From IMG/VR virus record IMGVR_UViG_3300025138_000016: 64,000 nt of DNA; one strand, written 5' to 3'. The DNA is from a virus. Below the pieces are notes generated by a model, which did no database searches, was not told where the DNA came from, and was given only the letters and a program-made list of their open reading frames with translations. Position numbers and translations under genes: made by a program. Below, one piece after another: positions 62,399 to 64,000 of the stretch; position 1 is the stretch's first letter; each line of letters begins with the position of its first letter.

Positions 62399-63427
62399 TT
62401 ATTTATTTATAGTGCGTGAAATTGCACTTGCATAACGACTCATTAATGGGTCGATTGCAGCCTTTTCCTCTGCTACGTCGATAGGTGTATCTTCCGATAC
62501 CTCTTCCGCAATTACGCTCTTAGTAGCAAAGTACTGGTTTTTGATTACGCTTAGCTTAGCACCAAACTCGTCAACATCATTATATTCAATACCTTCAACT
62601 AGTGAAGATAGTTTCTCTTTCTGTGATACGCTAAGTCCATCTGATTGCTCAGATACTAAGTTCTTAACTCTCAAAGAATCAATCTCTTTTTGCAATTCGA
62701 TTTTTTCGTTTATAGAATCATCGAGTTTGCCTTCAAGCTCTTCCGACATAGCAATTGCATCAGCTGCTAAGTCTAGTTTGTCTTGTGGAACTTCAACATA
62801 GTTGTTTTCGAATAATTCTCTTAAACCAACCATGAAGTTTTCAGCTATATCAACCTTTAGGCTAGATTCAATAGCTACTTCGTTCTCTTCCATCCACTGT
62901 TCTGCGACATAAGAAAGATATCCATCGACTTTATCAGCCATCTCTTCCTTTAGTCCTAATGAAGCTTCGTCAAACTTAGCGTCAAACTCTTCTTGAATTC
63001 TAGCTGTTTCAGCAATAACTCTCGCTGATACAGATGCTTCAAAAATGATTGCTGCTTTGTCTAAAAACTCTTCTGCAAGATCCTGCCCGTCAAAGATTTC
63101 TTCTACGTCCTCTTTAAACTTGCTCTTACCTGCGATTGATGCCATGTTTTTGCCAGATGTGTTCTTTGCATCTTTACCAAAAATAGTACTATATGCATCG
63201 TTAACTCCACCTTTGCTAAATCCAGTTAATTTCTGGACCACAGCTCCGATCATGCCAGCTTTAGATAGAGTAGGCATAGCCTTCTCTCCACCTTCTTTGT
63301 CTGCTGGTCTTTTATTGCTCTTTGTAGAAACCGGGTCGGCCACCATAGAAGCATCGCCAGTAGCCTTGAATTCATCAAGCTGTGCTGCTTCGGTATCGAC
63401 TACCTGCTCTAATTCTTTATCAGCCAT
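62399..63427 (-). CDS. 22: Prohead core scaffold protein (gp22)
   Basis: Acidic coiled coil with IFEA, VDGYLSYV...WMEEN and MSRY; position between gp21 and gp23. Confidence 0.93.
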   Translation of the reverse strand: MADKELEQVVDTEAAQLDEFKATGDASMVADPVSTKSNKRPADKEGGEKAMPTLSKAGMIGAVVQKLTGFSKGGVNDAYSTIFGKDAKNTSGKNMASIAGKSKFKEDVEEIFDGQDLAEEFLDKAAIIFEASVSARVIAETARIQEEFDAKFDEASLGLKEEMADKVDGYLSYVAEQWMEENEVAIESSLKVDIAENFMVGLRELFENNYVEVPQDKLDLAADAIAMSEELEGKLDDSINEKIELQKEIDSLRVKNLVSEQSDGLSVSQKEKLSSLVEGIEYNDVDEFGAKLSVIKNQYFATKSVIAEEVSEDTPIDVAEEKAAIDPLMSRYASAISRTINK

Positions 63428-63467
63428 TTTAGCTCCTCTTAAATAAATAAAAAGTATTTCGTAGTAT

Positions 63468-63475
63468 TATTTATA
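63468..63475 (-). promoter_or_regulatory. T4-type late promoter upstream of gp22
   Basis: TATAAATA on the minus strand. Confidence 0.8.
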
Positions 63476-63481
63476 AGGACC

Positions 63482-64000
63482 CTATACTAGCGAGTTCAAG
63501 AACTTTTCGAATAGCTCTATCTTACGCTCGTGCAAGACCTTACTTGATTTAATACCTGTGTTTTTAATCTCATTTACAACTTGCTGAGTTCTCCATTGAG
63601 CCTCTGCTGCATCATAAACCCATTCACAACCTTCCATAACACCCTTAACAAACGCGTCGGGCGCGGACGGATCAGCTACAATATCAGCTGCAGTTGCTAG
63701 CATAAAATCACCTTGAACTTCCATAACACCGTTATTTGGTTTAAGTGATCCCATACCTCTTGAAGACACTCCTAATTGAGCACCCTCATCCATAAGATTC
63801 TTAACTATATTTCCCATCGGTGTATCCATTATTTTGGCTTTACCAATAAAATTATTGCCGTCCTCTTTAAGACTTGTTATCATATGAGAGACTCTATCTA
63901 AGTTGATAGTAGGTCCACTTGGGTGTCCTAGTTCTCCATATGCTCTTTTGTTCTCGACATTATCTTTCATATATCGATTAACCTCGTTTACCATAGTCTC
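63482..64000 (-). CDS. 21: Prohead protease (gp21), 5' end outside window
   Basis: GELGHP, NLDRVSH, GVSSRGMGS and DIVADPSAPDAFV motifs. Confidence 0.97.
   Translation of the reverse strand, partial: ETMVNEVNRYMKDNVENKRAYGELGHPSGPTINLDRVSHMITSLKEDGNNFIGKAKIMDTPMGNIVKNLMDEGAQLGVSSRGMGSLKPNNGVMEVQGDFMLATAADIVADPSAPDAFVKGVMEGCEWVYDAAEAQWRTQQVVNEIKNTGIKSSKVLHERKIELFEKFLNSLV

Noticed and set aside
823-63446. The + strand ORFs in the supplied track (e.g. 823-1083, 13054-13413, 54493-54792, 63045-63446)
   Set aside because: They lie antisense to well-supported - strand genes, lack recognisable motifs and look like shadow ORFs.
1-64000. CRISPR array, rRNA, transposase or integrase; stop-codon reassignment
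   Set aside because: No repeat-spacer pattern or such genes were seen. Genes are full length under the standard code and end in TAA, TAG or TGA.

Overview
A 64-kb segment of an AT-rich, T4-like (Tevenvirinae/marine-myophage-type) dsDNA phage genome, with essentially all genes on the - strand. Read in the direction of transcription (right to left), the core order is gp21-gp22-gp23, gp3, uvsY, uvsW, gp55, gp47, gp46, gp45, gp44, gp62, regA, hsp20, gp43, uvsX, gp41, gp61, nrdA, nrdB and glutaredoxin. The host is probably a Gram-negative heterotroph, most likely a gammaproteobacterium (spanins, lipoproteins, an outer-membrane barrel, bimodular QueF); this is inference. The most notable accessory block (about 41.9-52.1 kb) is a 7-deazaguanine DNA-modification cluster: flavodoxin, queE, 2OG-Fe(II) oxygenase, phosphoribosyltransferase, queD, folE, a TGT-fold DpdA-like enzyme, a PurN-like formyltransferase, a P-loop kinase, queF, queC, a stand-alone class II amidotransferase, two dCTP-deaminase/dUTPase paralogues and a glycosyltransferase. 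This gene set suggests a heavily tailored guanine, possibly made at the nucleotide level. Other highlights are a PRMT-like methyltransferase between nrdA and nrdB, an outer-membrane barrel plus Na+/solute symporter module, a fatty-acid desaturase, putative gp21-processed internal-head polyproteins (one with a nucleotidyltransferase domain), a ROSE-like thermometer before hsp20, a likely dual-coding region, and several micro-ORFs missing from the ORF track, including a 25-aa + strand candidate divergent from an RHH gene. No tRNA, rRNA, CRISPR array, intron or intein was recognised. All calls come from motif recognition by eye; no searches were run.
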